DNA of 64,000 nt from the human T2T-CHM13v2.0 reference genome, Homo sapiens, in assembly GCF_009914755.1 (NCBI RefSeq), contig NC_060947.1, one strand, 5' to 3'. The notes under the pieces were generated by a model, which was given only the letters and a program-made list of their open reading frames with translations, did not search any database and was not told the DNA's origin. This document shows positions 16,733 to 28,194 of this stretch, piece by piece. The position numbers were made by a program, and so were the translations under genes. Each line of letters opens with the position of its first letter. The stretch's first letter is position 1.

Positions 16733-17152
16733 ATATATATATATATATACACACACACATATATATACACATATATACATCTATATATATACACATATAT
16801 ATACACATATATACATCTATATACGTACATAGTAGTTTAAGAATTATCAATATTAATTTAAGCTGCACTGGTTTTCCACATTACACTCTGACTTCTGAAT
16901 CAAATTCCTACTTAAAGTCTGACTCCAGTGTGCTTTCTAATCTTAAATAAATAAGAATTGTAATGATAAAATAGATGGGTATTATTGAATTGTTAATTGT
17001 ATATAAACGTGTGTATATACACATATATACATATATACACGCATATGTGTATATACGTATATGTATATATACATATATGCATATATATGTATATACGTAT
17101 GTATATACATACATATATACACACATGTGTATATATGTGTATACACACACAC
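16733..17152. repeat. Compound TA/CA microsatellite split by an inserted 171-bp copy
   Basis: TA/CA repeats at 16733-16828 and 17000-17152 flank the duplicated segment. Confidence 0.9.
16829..16999 (+). repeat. Copy 2 of the ~175-bp local duplication
   Basis: Aligns end to end with 15515-15691. Confidence 0.95.
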
Positions 17153-17389
17153 TTTTTTTTTGCATTTCTGCATTATCACCAAAACTGGTTTGATTAGCAA
17201 AAACTAGTCAAACACAGAGTCAAATAAATGACCATGAATATTATACCTTCCTTAAATAATACTTGTTTTTTAAAAAAACTCATAAATATAATTTTTCGTA
17301 CCCTGGAATTTACTATAAATTGTCTATTCCACTGGAACCAAAGACATCTGATGTTTGAGGCACTAGTGACTTCCCATTTTTTCCAGTTT

Positions 17390-17705
17390 TTCTCCTTTCA
17401 GAACCATAATGGATATAAACCCACCCACTTCAGCTTGGTTGAGATTACATGATTTTTTTGACCAATAAAATGCAAGTGAAATTTATATCATTCTTGATCT
17501 TTGTGAGATCAAATGAATAACATAAGTATCAAGTGAATCATACATTTAATCGTAAGTACCAAATGAATAACATGCCGATTCTGAAGAGCATCCCTGAGCC
17601 TTCACATGGAAAATAGTTGTCTTGGATTGTTACCAAGAGCCACACAGACTTGATGTAAGGAAGGAAAAACATGGTTTTTGAGTCACTAAAATTTTTTGTT
17701 TGTTT
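17390..17705 (+). mobile_element. Degraded MaLR LTR (MLT1 family)
   Basis: MLT1-like motifs 'gattacatgattttttgaccaataaaatgcaagtgaa' and 'tgtaaggaaggaaaaacatggtttttgagtcactaaaatttt'. Confidence 0.5.
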
Positions 17706-18495
17706 AAAATTTTTAAATAAGTAAATGATACACTTGATGTAACAGGACACTACATCAGCACAGAGAAGTGAATTTCACTATTATGTAGGAAGTAAACATT
17801 TTCAATAAAATATTTACCAATGACAAACATTAGTGTGTATAATTATGTTTCCATATAGGTAGTAATTGATTACAGTTGTTTCACAAGTCACATTCTATAT
17901 TCAGGCCAAAATATTGCAAATATCTTAAATGTTATACCTAGCAGTTTTCTAACTATGTGAATCATGGGTTTTCTTATTCCCCTCCACATCCTTAAAGTTT
18001 TTCAAAAATTATTTTTACTTTCAAATTTTAAATTTGCTGTCAAAAATTCTCTCATGTGTAGTATAAAGATTTAAAATCAAGAGAGACCGTATTCTATGAC
18101 ATATATGTATGTGCATATATACATATATTTCATATATTTTATGTACTGCATGTATATTATATACATACATGTGTAAATTATATAAAATATAATACATACA
18201 TGCAAATTATATAAAATACATATGTAAATTATTTCCCAAAGGAAAACCCTGATAAGATTTTTGTTATTAATTACATTATGGTAAAAAAAAAACACTAACA
18301 GAAAACAAATATTCATACAAGATAAATTTTTAGCAACTGGCTATGTCCATACAAACACTACCACCATAATTTACAAAAAGTAAATCAAAATAGACAATGG
18401 TAAAATAAAAGAAAGCACAGTGCTTTTTGGATTCTGAACAATCAGAATTTTGTGTATTTAAAAGTCATTGTATGGTAGCAAATGACTAACTGACA

Positions 18496-21400
18496 TTTTC
18501 TTTTTCAACTTTTAAGTTTGAGGTACATGTGCTGGTATGTTATATAGGTAAACTTGTGTCATGGGGGTTTGTTGCACAGATTATTTCGTGACCCAGGTAT
18601 TAAGCCTTGTACCCATTAGTTATTTTTCCTGATATTCCCCTCCTCCTATCCTCTACCTTCCAGTAGGTCCTACTGTCTGTTGTGTCTGTTGTTCCCCTCT
18701 ATGTGTCCACGTGTTCTCATCATTTAGCTCCCAAATATAAGTGAGAACATGTGGTATTTGGTTTTCCATTCCTGCTTTTCTTTGCTAAGGATAATGGCCT
18801 CCAGCTCCATCCATTTCCCTGCAAATGACATAATATTTTTTATGGCTGCATAATATTCCATGCTGTATATATACCATATTTTCTTTATCCAGTCTACTAT
18901 TGATGGCCGTTTGGTTGACTGTAAGCCTTTGCTATTGTGAATAGTGCTGCAATGAACATATACATGCATTTATCTTTATGATATAAGGATTTATATCCCT
19001 TTGGGTATCTACCCAGGAATAAAATTGCTGGGTCGAATGTTAATCCTTTTTCACGTCTTTAAGGAATTGCACTTTGCTTTCCACAATGATCAAACTAATG
19101 TACACTTCCACCAACAGTATATAAGTGTTTCTTTTTCTTCACAACCTCATCAGTGCCTGTTAATTTTTTGACTTTTTAATAATAGCCATTCTGACTGGTG
19201 TCAGATGGTATCTCATTAGGATTTTGTTTCTCTAATAATCAGTAATGTTAAGCTTCTTTATATGCTTGATGGCCACGTGTATGTCTTCTTTTGTAAAGTG
19301 TCCATGTTCTTTGCCCACTTTTTAATGCTTTTTTTCTTATAAATCTGTTTAAGTTTCTCATAGATTCAGGATATTTATCAGATGCATAGTTGGCAAAAAT
19401 TATCTCCCATTCTGTGGGTTGTCTGCTGATTTTGTTTCCTGAAAATTTGCTGAAGTTGTTTGTCAGCTTAAGGAGCTTTTGGACCAAGACTATGGAGTTT
19501 TCGACATACAGGACAATGGTGTCTGCAAAGAGGGATCGTCTGACTTCCTCTCTCAATGCCCTTCATTTCTTTCTCTTGCCTGACTGCTCTGGCCAGGACT
19601 TCCAACACTATGTTGAATAGGAAGGTGCCAGAGGGCATACTTTTCTGTGCCTGTCTTCAAGGGGAACGCTTCCAGCTTTTGCCCATTCCGTATGATGTTG
19701 ACTGTCAGTTTCTCGTAGATGGCTCTTATTATTTTGAGGTATGTTCCTTCAATACCTCGTTTATTGAGAGTTTTTTTTTAAGCATGAAGGGGTGTTGAAT
19801 TTTATCAAAAGCATTTTCTGCATCTATTGAGATAGTCATGTGGTTTTTGTCTTTAGTTGTTTATGTGATGAATCACATTTATTGATTTATATATGTTGAA
19901 CCAACTTTGCATCCCAAGGGTAAAGCACACTTGAATTTGGAGGATATGCTTTTTGATGTGCTCCTGGATTTGGCTTGCCAGCATTTTGTTGAGGATTTTT
20001 GATTTGTTCACCAAGGTTACTGGCCTGAAGTTTTCTTTTTTGTCATGTCTCTGCCAGGTTTTGGTTATCAGGATGATGCTAGCTTCATAGAATGAGTTAG
20101 GGAGGAAGACTCAACCAGGAAGAAGTTGAATCCCTGAATAGACCAATAACAAGCTCTGAAATTGAGGCAATAATTAATGGCCTACTAACCAAAAAAAGTC
20201 CAGGACTAGACAGATTCACAGCTGAATTCTACCAGAGGTACAAGGAGGAGCTGGTACCATTCCTTCTGAAACTATTCCAATCAACAGAAAAAGAGGGAAT
20301 CCTCCCTAACTCATTCGATGAGGCCAGCATCATCCTGATACCAAAGCCTGGCAGAGACACAACAAAAAAAGAGAATTTTAGACCAATATCCCTGATGAAC
20401 ATCAATGCAAAAATCCTCAATAAAATACTGGCAAACAGAATCAATGATAGACTGGATTAAGAAAATGTGGCACATATACACCATGGAATACTATGCAGCC
20501 ATAAAAAAGGATGAGTTCATGTCCTTTGTAGGGACAGGGATGAAGCTGGAAAACATCATTCTCAGCAAACTATCACAAGGACAAAAAACCAAACACCGCA
20601 TGTTCTTACTCATAGGTGGGAATTGAACAATGAGAACACTTGGACACAGGAAGGGGAACATCACACGCCAGGGCCTGTCGTTGGGGGTGGCGGGGGAGTG
20701 GGGAGAGATAGCACTGGGGGGAGTGGGGAGGGATAGCATTAGGAGATATACCTAATGTAAATGGCAAGTTAATGGGTGCAGCACGCCAACATGGCACATG
20801 TATACGTATGTAACAAACCTGCACTTTGTGCACATGTACCCTAGAACTTAAAGTATAATAAAAAAAATCAACTACTTCATAAATCTCCAAGGTAATAAAA
20901 CTGTAACCTTTAAACACTAAATAAATAAAAATAAAAACTGAAAAAAAAAAAAGAATGAGTCAGGGAGGAGTCCTTCCTCCTCAATCATTTGGAATAGTTT
21001 CTGTAGAAATGGTATCAGCTTTATTTTGTATATCTGATAGAATTCAGCTGTGAATCTGTGTGGTCCTGGCCTTTTTCTGGTTGGTAAGCTATTTATTACT
21101 GATTCAATTTTGGAGCTTGTTATTGGTCTGTTCAGGGATTCAATCTCATTCTGGCTCAGTCTTGAGAGAGTATATGTGTCCAGGAATTTATTCGTTTATT
21201 CTATATTTTTTGGTTCGTGTGCATAGAAGTGTTCATAGTAGTCTATGAGTGTTTTTTGTATTTCTGTGGGGTCAGTAGTACTATCTCCTTTGTCATTTCT
21301 AATTGTTTTTATTTGGATAGTCTCTCTTTTCTTCTTTAGTAGTCTAGCTAGAATTCTATTTTATTAGTTTTTCAAAAAAAGACCCCACAACTCCTGAATT

Positions 21401-22661
21401 CATTAATTCTTTGAATTTTATGTCTCAATCTTCTTCATTTCAGCTCTTTTTGATTATCGTTTGTCTTCTGCTAACATGGGGTTGGTTTGTTCTTGGTTCT
21501 CTAGTTCTTTTAGTTGTAATATTAGGCTGTTAAATTAAGATCTTTCTAACTTTTTCATGTGGGCATTTAGTGCTATAAATTTCCCTGTTAACACTGCCTT
21601 AGCTGTTTCCCAGAGATTCTGGTATGTTGTATCTTTGTTCACATTAGTTTCAAAGAATTTCTTGATTTCTGCCTTAATTTCACTATTTACCTAAAAGCCA
21701 TTTAGGAGTACATTATTCAATTTCCATGTCATTGTATTGCTTTGAGTGAATTTCTTAGTCTTAATTTGTAATTTGATTGTGCTGTGGTCCAAGAGATTGT
21801 TTTTCATGATTTCAGTTCTTTTGCATTTGCTGAGGAGTGTCTTACTTTCAATTATGTGGTTGATTTTAGAATATGTGCCATGTGGCAGTGAGAAGAATAT
21901 ATATTCTATTACTTTTGGGTGGAGAGTTCTGCAGGTGTCTATCAGGTCCTTTTGATTCAGTGCTAACATTTGGTATTAAATATCTTTGTAAATGTTCTGC
22001 CTTGATGATCTGTCTAATACATTTGGTGGTATGAAGTCTGTCACTATTATTGTGTGGGAATCTATGTCTCTTTGAATGTCTCTAATAAGTTGCTTTATGA
22101 ATCTGGGTGCTCCTGTGTTGGGTGCATATATATTTAGAATAGTTAGGTCTTCTTGTTGAATTGAACCCTTTACTATTATGTAATGCCTTTCTCTTTTTGA
22201 TACTTGTTGCTTTAAAGTCTGTTTTGTGAAGTTAGGGTTGCAACAAATGCTTTTTGTTTTCCACTTGCTTGGTAGATTTTTCCTATCCCTTTATTTTCCA
22301 CCTATTGGTGTCATGCAAGTGAGATGGGTCTCTTGAAAACAGCATGCTAATGGGTCTTGGTTTTTCATGCAGCTTGCCACTCTGTGCCTTTTAATTGGGG
22401 CATTTAGCCCATTTTCATTCAAGGTTAGTAGTAATATGTGTGCATTTAATCCTGTCATCATGTTAGCTGGTTATTATGCAGATTTTTTCTGTGTGGCTGC
22501 TTTATAATATCACTGGTCTGTGTACTTATGTGTGTTTTTTAGTGGCTGGTAATGGTCTTTCCTTTCCATATTTAGTGCTTCCCTCAGGATCTCTTGTAAG
22601 GCATACATATTGGTAACAAATTCCCTCAGCATTTGCTTGTCTGAAAAAGATCTTCTTTCTC
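18496..22661 (-). mobile_element. L1PA13-15-like element (end of ORF1 to 3'UTR), with an internal deletion near 19425 and a nested L1 at 20107-20951
   Basis: 3' end 'aacttttaagtttgaggtacatgtg...ggtaaacttgtgtcatgggggtttgttgcacagattatttc'. Minus ORFs carry endonuclease-domain (DLIDTCRTLHPK...HGTYSKINH) and RT ([12 protein letters not shown]) remnants. Confidence 0.92.
20107..20951 (+). mobile_element. Young L1PA (L1PA4/5-like), 5'-truncated and internally deleted, carrying a 3' transduction
   Basis: An ORF2 piece (20107-20442) is fused directly to the ORF2 end/3'UTR (20443-20867), followed by non-L1 sequence (20868-20940) and a second poly-A. 18-bp TSD agaatgagttagggagga (20089-20106) / agaatgagtcagggagga (20952-20969). 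Confidence 0.92.
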
Positions 22662-25055
22662 TGAAGCAACACTTTCATTTGTAAGCATCACTTAATATGT
22701 TAAATTCTTTTAAAACTATTTTGGATCAAAACCCAAATTACAAATAGTTACAAATTTTACTTCATCCATGTATGGAGAAGAATGGAAAAATATCCATAGT
22801 GAGGTAAAGCTAGTACCTACTAGGTAACAATCTGATGGGTTCCTCATGATTTCTTTGCTTACACTAATAATGTTCTGACCTCTCCTAATACATTCTACAA
22901 AAAAATCATTTACTATAGACAGGAATCACTGATTTGCTTCAACTGCCATCTCATAAGAATTAAGTACACTGTGATGGTCTTATCCTGTACACAGAATGAA
23001 ACACCCCATTTCTTGCCACACAGTTGATTTCACTGCTGGAGGAAACTTCAATCAAATAATTATCTCAGCCTTCAAAAATCCTTCACAACTGCATTACCAA
23101 ATTAAAACATTTTATTTTAAATGTCAAAATACTTTTTAACATGCAACATTTGGATAGTGAAATTTCTTTTTTCTTACATTAATAACTTACCACTAGTTTA
23201 AAAGTTTAACTCAGAATGAATAAAATCTCTTCATTAGCTATACCATTGACTAAAGCTAAGAGATTTTATCAACTCATTCTTAGATGTTATGTGATACTTG
23301 GTGGATGTTTGTGTTTGGTAACAAAGAATAATTTTTGCTCAATTCTTATACTCATTACACTTTTGTGCACAGTTTATTTAGAAAATAGAAAAGACTATCT
23401 ATGTTGTAAAGTATTATGAATCCCTAAGACAAGCTCATTTTCTGCCACATGGCTGATTCTTTAATAACTTGACCTAGGAATGGTTACTACTAGGGATTGT
23501 TGTAAAACTGGAGAATTATTTCTCTATATTTCCCTTTTCTCTGATAGCAAACAGGGTCTTAACCTGGCCAAGGATTCCTTGGGCTGCTACCCTTCCTTCT
23601 CCCCAAATTTGGTCTATTTTTTAAATGAGAAGCGCTTTGTTACCATGGCAAAAAGTTTTATATAAATAGGTTTATAGAGCACCTACTTTAGTCTAGCATT
23701 TGCTAATAAGTATCAAATGAATAACAAAAGCAACATCCATGCAGTCATATTTAACAAAGGAAAATATATATTCAAAATCATATTCTAAAGAGCCACAAAA
23801 ATGCAGGATATAATTCAAGAGCAAATGAACATCAAGTATTCAACTGAGCATTGATTCTGAGTAAATCAGAGTCTTGTTATTTTTGTCTGCTATTCTCTTT
23901 AGAGCTCCACCAGTAAAAAGAATGGGACTACATACATCATTGAAGGATACATAGGGATAGATTGGAAATCATGGGTGTGTCTGTTTATAATCAATAAATT
24001 GATAAAATATTAAAAGAAAATAAAGCAGTACTCTATAATAAAATATAGCACAACTTCTAAGGAAATTTTTAATATTTAATTGCAAAATCAAAAGACAACA
24101 GTTTGCAAAATGTCTTTGAAAACAAACAAACCAAAGCTATTTCAAGTAATTACCCTATATTTTGGTGTCTCACATTTTCTGAGTATTACTTATGTGATGA
24201 ATGCAATCAACCACCAAGATCTCTCTTCAAGAAAGGACTTTTTTCCTCCAGCTTTCATCTGTCATCCACTTCAGGGAATCCCTTTGCTGCAAAGAGACAA
24301 ATTGTTCAAGGTTACACCCTTCCCATGTCAGCTGGTATTTAAGGACTGATGGAGGCAGGATTGTGAACTTCCAGCCATTTAGGCCAATTACAGGTTGATC
24401 CTGGCTCCCTGGAGCTCCCTGTGGTGATGACTGAAGCCCAGTATCACAAACGACTGGTCTTTTCTTGATTTTTCACTTACACAGGGTTTGATCAGTAGGT
24501 CATCAGTTAATAAATATCCTACAAACTAAAATCCACCTTATAGTTAGCTCCTGGAGGACCTAAGTGAATTAAGAGAAGGTTAATAAGGTAGTTGCAGGAA
24601 CAACTCCATTATTGTCAATTTAAAAAGGTATTTGAGTCCTTTAGTACTTAGCATTGCCAAACATTAGGTTATGGATAGTAAGGAAAACTTCATTCATTCA
24701 GACATATTGGAGTAGAAGGCTTATCTGAGTTTGAAAGCTTAAAACTCATAACAAAACCACCATAATAGGTGGAACACATGATGGTGGTCACAACATAAGC
24801 AAAACTGTATGTGCGCGTCTCCGTCTTGGCCTGAGAGGACCAAAGCTATGAGGGGTCAAAGTAGTGATATTATTCTTGATTTTTGTTGGGATGTTTCTTT
24901 CCTTGCCAAGTCTTAGACTCCAGGCTACTTATCTTTTTGACTATTCCCTGCTTTCCAAATGTAGGCAGATATACCAAAGATGTTGGCAAATCGTGACGGT
25001 GTGGGTTTCCAACCACATGAAAGCTTCCTGGGCCTCCTTCCCCATCCTTGCACCT

Positions 25056-26545
25056 GTAGCCACCGTCAGTGGTGTTTGGAGGCTACAGCTGTTCCGACTG
25101 ATGCTCATAGGACTCATACATGGTATGTCATCTGTATTCGTGGTGAAAAATGGCTACTGAACAACTTGCACAATGGAAGTCTACTCAAGCTGCCTCCTTG
25201 TCAAATTAACATACTAACAGCAGTGATAAAAATGTGACCTTCAACCTGCCCTGTAATTTAGAAGTACTAAATAACAAATGTCGTGGTCAAGGAAATGCTT
25301 CTCATGCCAGTCTAATGATTGTTTTTAGAAAAGGATATACATTGACCTTCAATGTAATAAGAAATGCAACACTTTACGGTGTCCAACTGCTAAGATTTAT
25401 TTCCAACTTGTCAGACACAACTATTTTGCCCAATCCAAATCAAAGGGAATCAAGGCTGTGAAATCCACACAGGACATCAACGCACACATAAATGAAAACT
25501 ACAGATGTGTCAGAGGCAACCATATACACACAAATAATGTAACTACTAAATTCCATGAAGTAGCTGTCCAGGAATACTTTCCAAATAACTTCAGCAAAAA
25601 AGAAACACTATGAAAGCATAAAGAAACTTTCCTAACAACACTACCAAGGCCAAAGCCTACCAGGTCCCCATCTTCTGCAGGGCCAAAATGTTCATGTGCT
25701 TAATAAGTACAATATGAGTAGCACAAGTGGGACCAGTCTGCTTGTAGCATGAGGTGACAACATCATCACCTATGAGAAAAGACACAAGATGACTGTGACA
25801 GGAGTATTAAATATCAACCCAAAGGAGAACAATGACCTATAATTCTCATTTAGTGCCACTGGAAATGCAGTGAAAATGTCATTCTTCCTGTCTTCAGTTT
25901 TGGAATGAATGCAGGTTCTAGCCTGTTTTTCCCACAAGGATTTCAGTTCAATACAGTTCTAGGTGACACCAGAAATCTCATGTTTAAAGCTTCCAATGAC
26001 TCACTGAGAGCCTTTCAAGCCACCAGTGGAAATTCTTTTAAATGCAATCCTAAGGAAAGTGTTCATGTTACAAACGCCTTTTCAGTAAGCATATTCAAAG
26101 TTTGGATGCTTTCAGGTTTTTTGTTTGAAGGTGACAAGTTTGGATCTGTAGAAGAATGTCAACCAGATGAAAATATGATGAGTTCTGTTGCCAGCGGAGG
26201 CCCTCATACAGGGATTGTCTTCATTGTCTCAGTTGCTTATCTCATTGACAGGAACAGAACTCATGCCTGGCATCAGACAATTTAGCATTCTAAATTACTC
26301 TCTACCACTGTAGATCAACAGTAGTTGCCAGAAGTCTATATTCATTTTCCCTGTGATTAAATTGGCAGTGAAATGGAGGCAAACTTTCTTGTAAACCGTT
26401 TTTCTAAAACCTGCTTTATAAAATGTAAAGTATTTTTTTATAAAGTAAGTAAAGCAAAATTTACTTACTATGCACAAAAGAGAATTGAAATAGTGGTGTT
26501 AGTTTTACTAACTGGTTAAATATTAATATTTACCAAAGTAGAACT
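25056..26545 (+). pseudogene. LAMP1 (pseudogene): Processed (intronless) pseudogene of lysosome-associated membrane glycoprotein 1, with CDS remnant 25056-26285 and proximal 3'UTR
   Basis: Collinear translated blocks match LAMP1: VATVSGVWR..LIGLIHGMSSVFVVKNG (signal peptide; ATG position now GTA); TFNLP..SLMIVFRKGYTLTFNVIRNATLYGVQLLRFISNLSDT; NYRCVRGNHIHTNNVT; KYNMSSTSGTSLL; LNINP; GNSFKCNPKESVHVTNAFSVSIFKVW; GDKFGSVEECQPDEN; AYLIDRNRTHAWHQTI* (LAMP1: RKRSHAGYQTI*). No introns, with several stops and frameshifts. The UTR block 'ctaactggttaaatattaatatttaccaaagtag' matches the LAMP1 3'UTR as I recall it. Confidence 0.95.
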
Positions 26546-26585
26546 CATAGAGAAGGGGAAGAGTAGTTTTTTAAATAGGCACTGA

Positions 26586-26888
<303 letters not shown>

Positions 26889-26994
26889 GGGGATATACTC
26901 TTAAAGGATCAGTACATATGCAATGCATTACCTTTAACAGTACTGACCAAATTTTCTTTTTGTTTGTCTGGAAACAACAACAGCAAATGGCAAT

Positions 26995-27165
26995 TATCAT
27001 TTATCCATGGGCCAGACATCAGACAGTGAAATTTACATTTGTTATCCTGGGTTATTTCCTTGTTATCTAAATATGCTTCTTATCATTTTACACATAAGGA
27101 AAGTAACTTCCATGTTGTTACATGGTCAGCAAATAGGATGACCGGAGTTTGAGTCACTATCTTAT
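26995..27165 (-). mobile_element. MIR fragment
   Basis: 'tatcattttacacataaggaaagtaacttccatgttgttacatggtcagcaaatagg...ggagtttgagtc'. Confidence 0.5.
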
Positions 27166-28194
27166 TAAGCTTACCATTCATTATCTAGGCCTTGTCAAAT
27201 GTACACACTGCCTTCTTCTGTGACAGGGAAAAATTTTAAATAAATACATTCCTACTATTTCTGAGTATATACCTAATTGTTTCTAGGTTAATAAATTCGT
27301 ATCTTCTTGGCCTGCTATAAGACTTTTTTTTTTCTCAGAGTATAATAAGCTCTCACTAAGAAGAAGTCTATGATAGACAACTCCTACCACTCCTTCATCA
27401 TTAACTGGACAGTTTTCACTTACCTACACAATCTTTCCTCTCTGCCATATGCCTCAGGCCCAATACTGATTGTTCTCCACTTCAGTAGATTTTCCTAGAC
27501 ATTCCAGGCTTTTAATGCCCTATTGTTCCAGCTTGCTGTCTATTTCACCTCCCCATCATCTCCAAAATATTTTGTTTCCTGTGGAAGCAGAGCTGGTATG
27601 AATGCAAAGAGGTTCCTAAAACGTACCTATCTCAAAGGGTTACAGTATTTTCTGTGTGATACTCCACAAATAATTCAAGGAAATTCCTCTTTTGTTTAAA
27701 AAAAATAGGGAATTTTAAAATAAAAATTATGACAATTCTACTTCTATTTATTTTATTTACCTTTTTACTTATCCAGGCCCATTCTTCATACAGTGCAGGT
27801 TGAATGACTATGAGGTTTAGAATTCTACACTAATGTACAGTGAAGGCACTCTTAATCTATAATACAGGTGCCTATTGTTAGTCTACCTGCCCGCATACTT
27901 ATCAATCCATTTATAATCTATTTCTCTAATTTCTTCCGTTAATCATTCTGTTTTAGGGGTAATGGTGGCAAACAGTGAGGAGACCAGAGTAACATTTGTG
28001 GCAAAAATGAATTGTGCCAATTAAGGATGGCTTTCTCTAAGTATATGGTTTACCCTTATACAATTGAGCTCTTTATCTATCTCTAAAGTTAAGTGGAAGT
28101 TTCTGAAGAACTAATAAAAAGAAATCATTTGTATGAGGAGATGAAGCTTCTTCGTCTTAAAGTGCTTTAAAAATAGAATTTGGAAGCCTACTTG

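Noticed and set aside
15515-16999. Paired direct repeats as LTRs or a CRISPR-like array
   Set aside because: No TG..CA ends, PBS/PPT, TSD or repeat-spacer periodicity, and the context is eukaryotic.
16542-17200. Overlapping Y/I/C/M/H-rich ORFs on both strands
   Set aside because: These are translations of the TA/CA microsatellite.
24474-24530. Possible 38-nt minus-strand micro-exon (tttgtag|...ccctgt|gtaagt; YLLTDDLLIKPC)
   Set aside because: The acceptor has a competing upstream AG, the peptide is unrecognised, and such pairs arise by chance in 64 kb.
24864-25160. 98-aa ORF as a novel secreted protein
   Set aside because: GTG start. Its hydrophobic end is the decayed LAMP1 signal peptide, terminated by a premature TGA.
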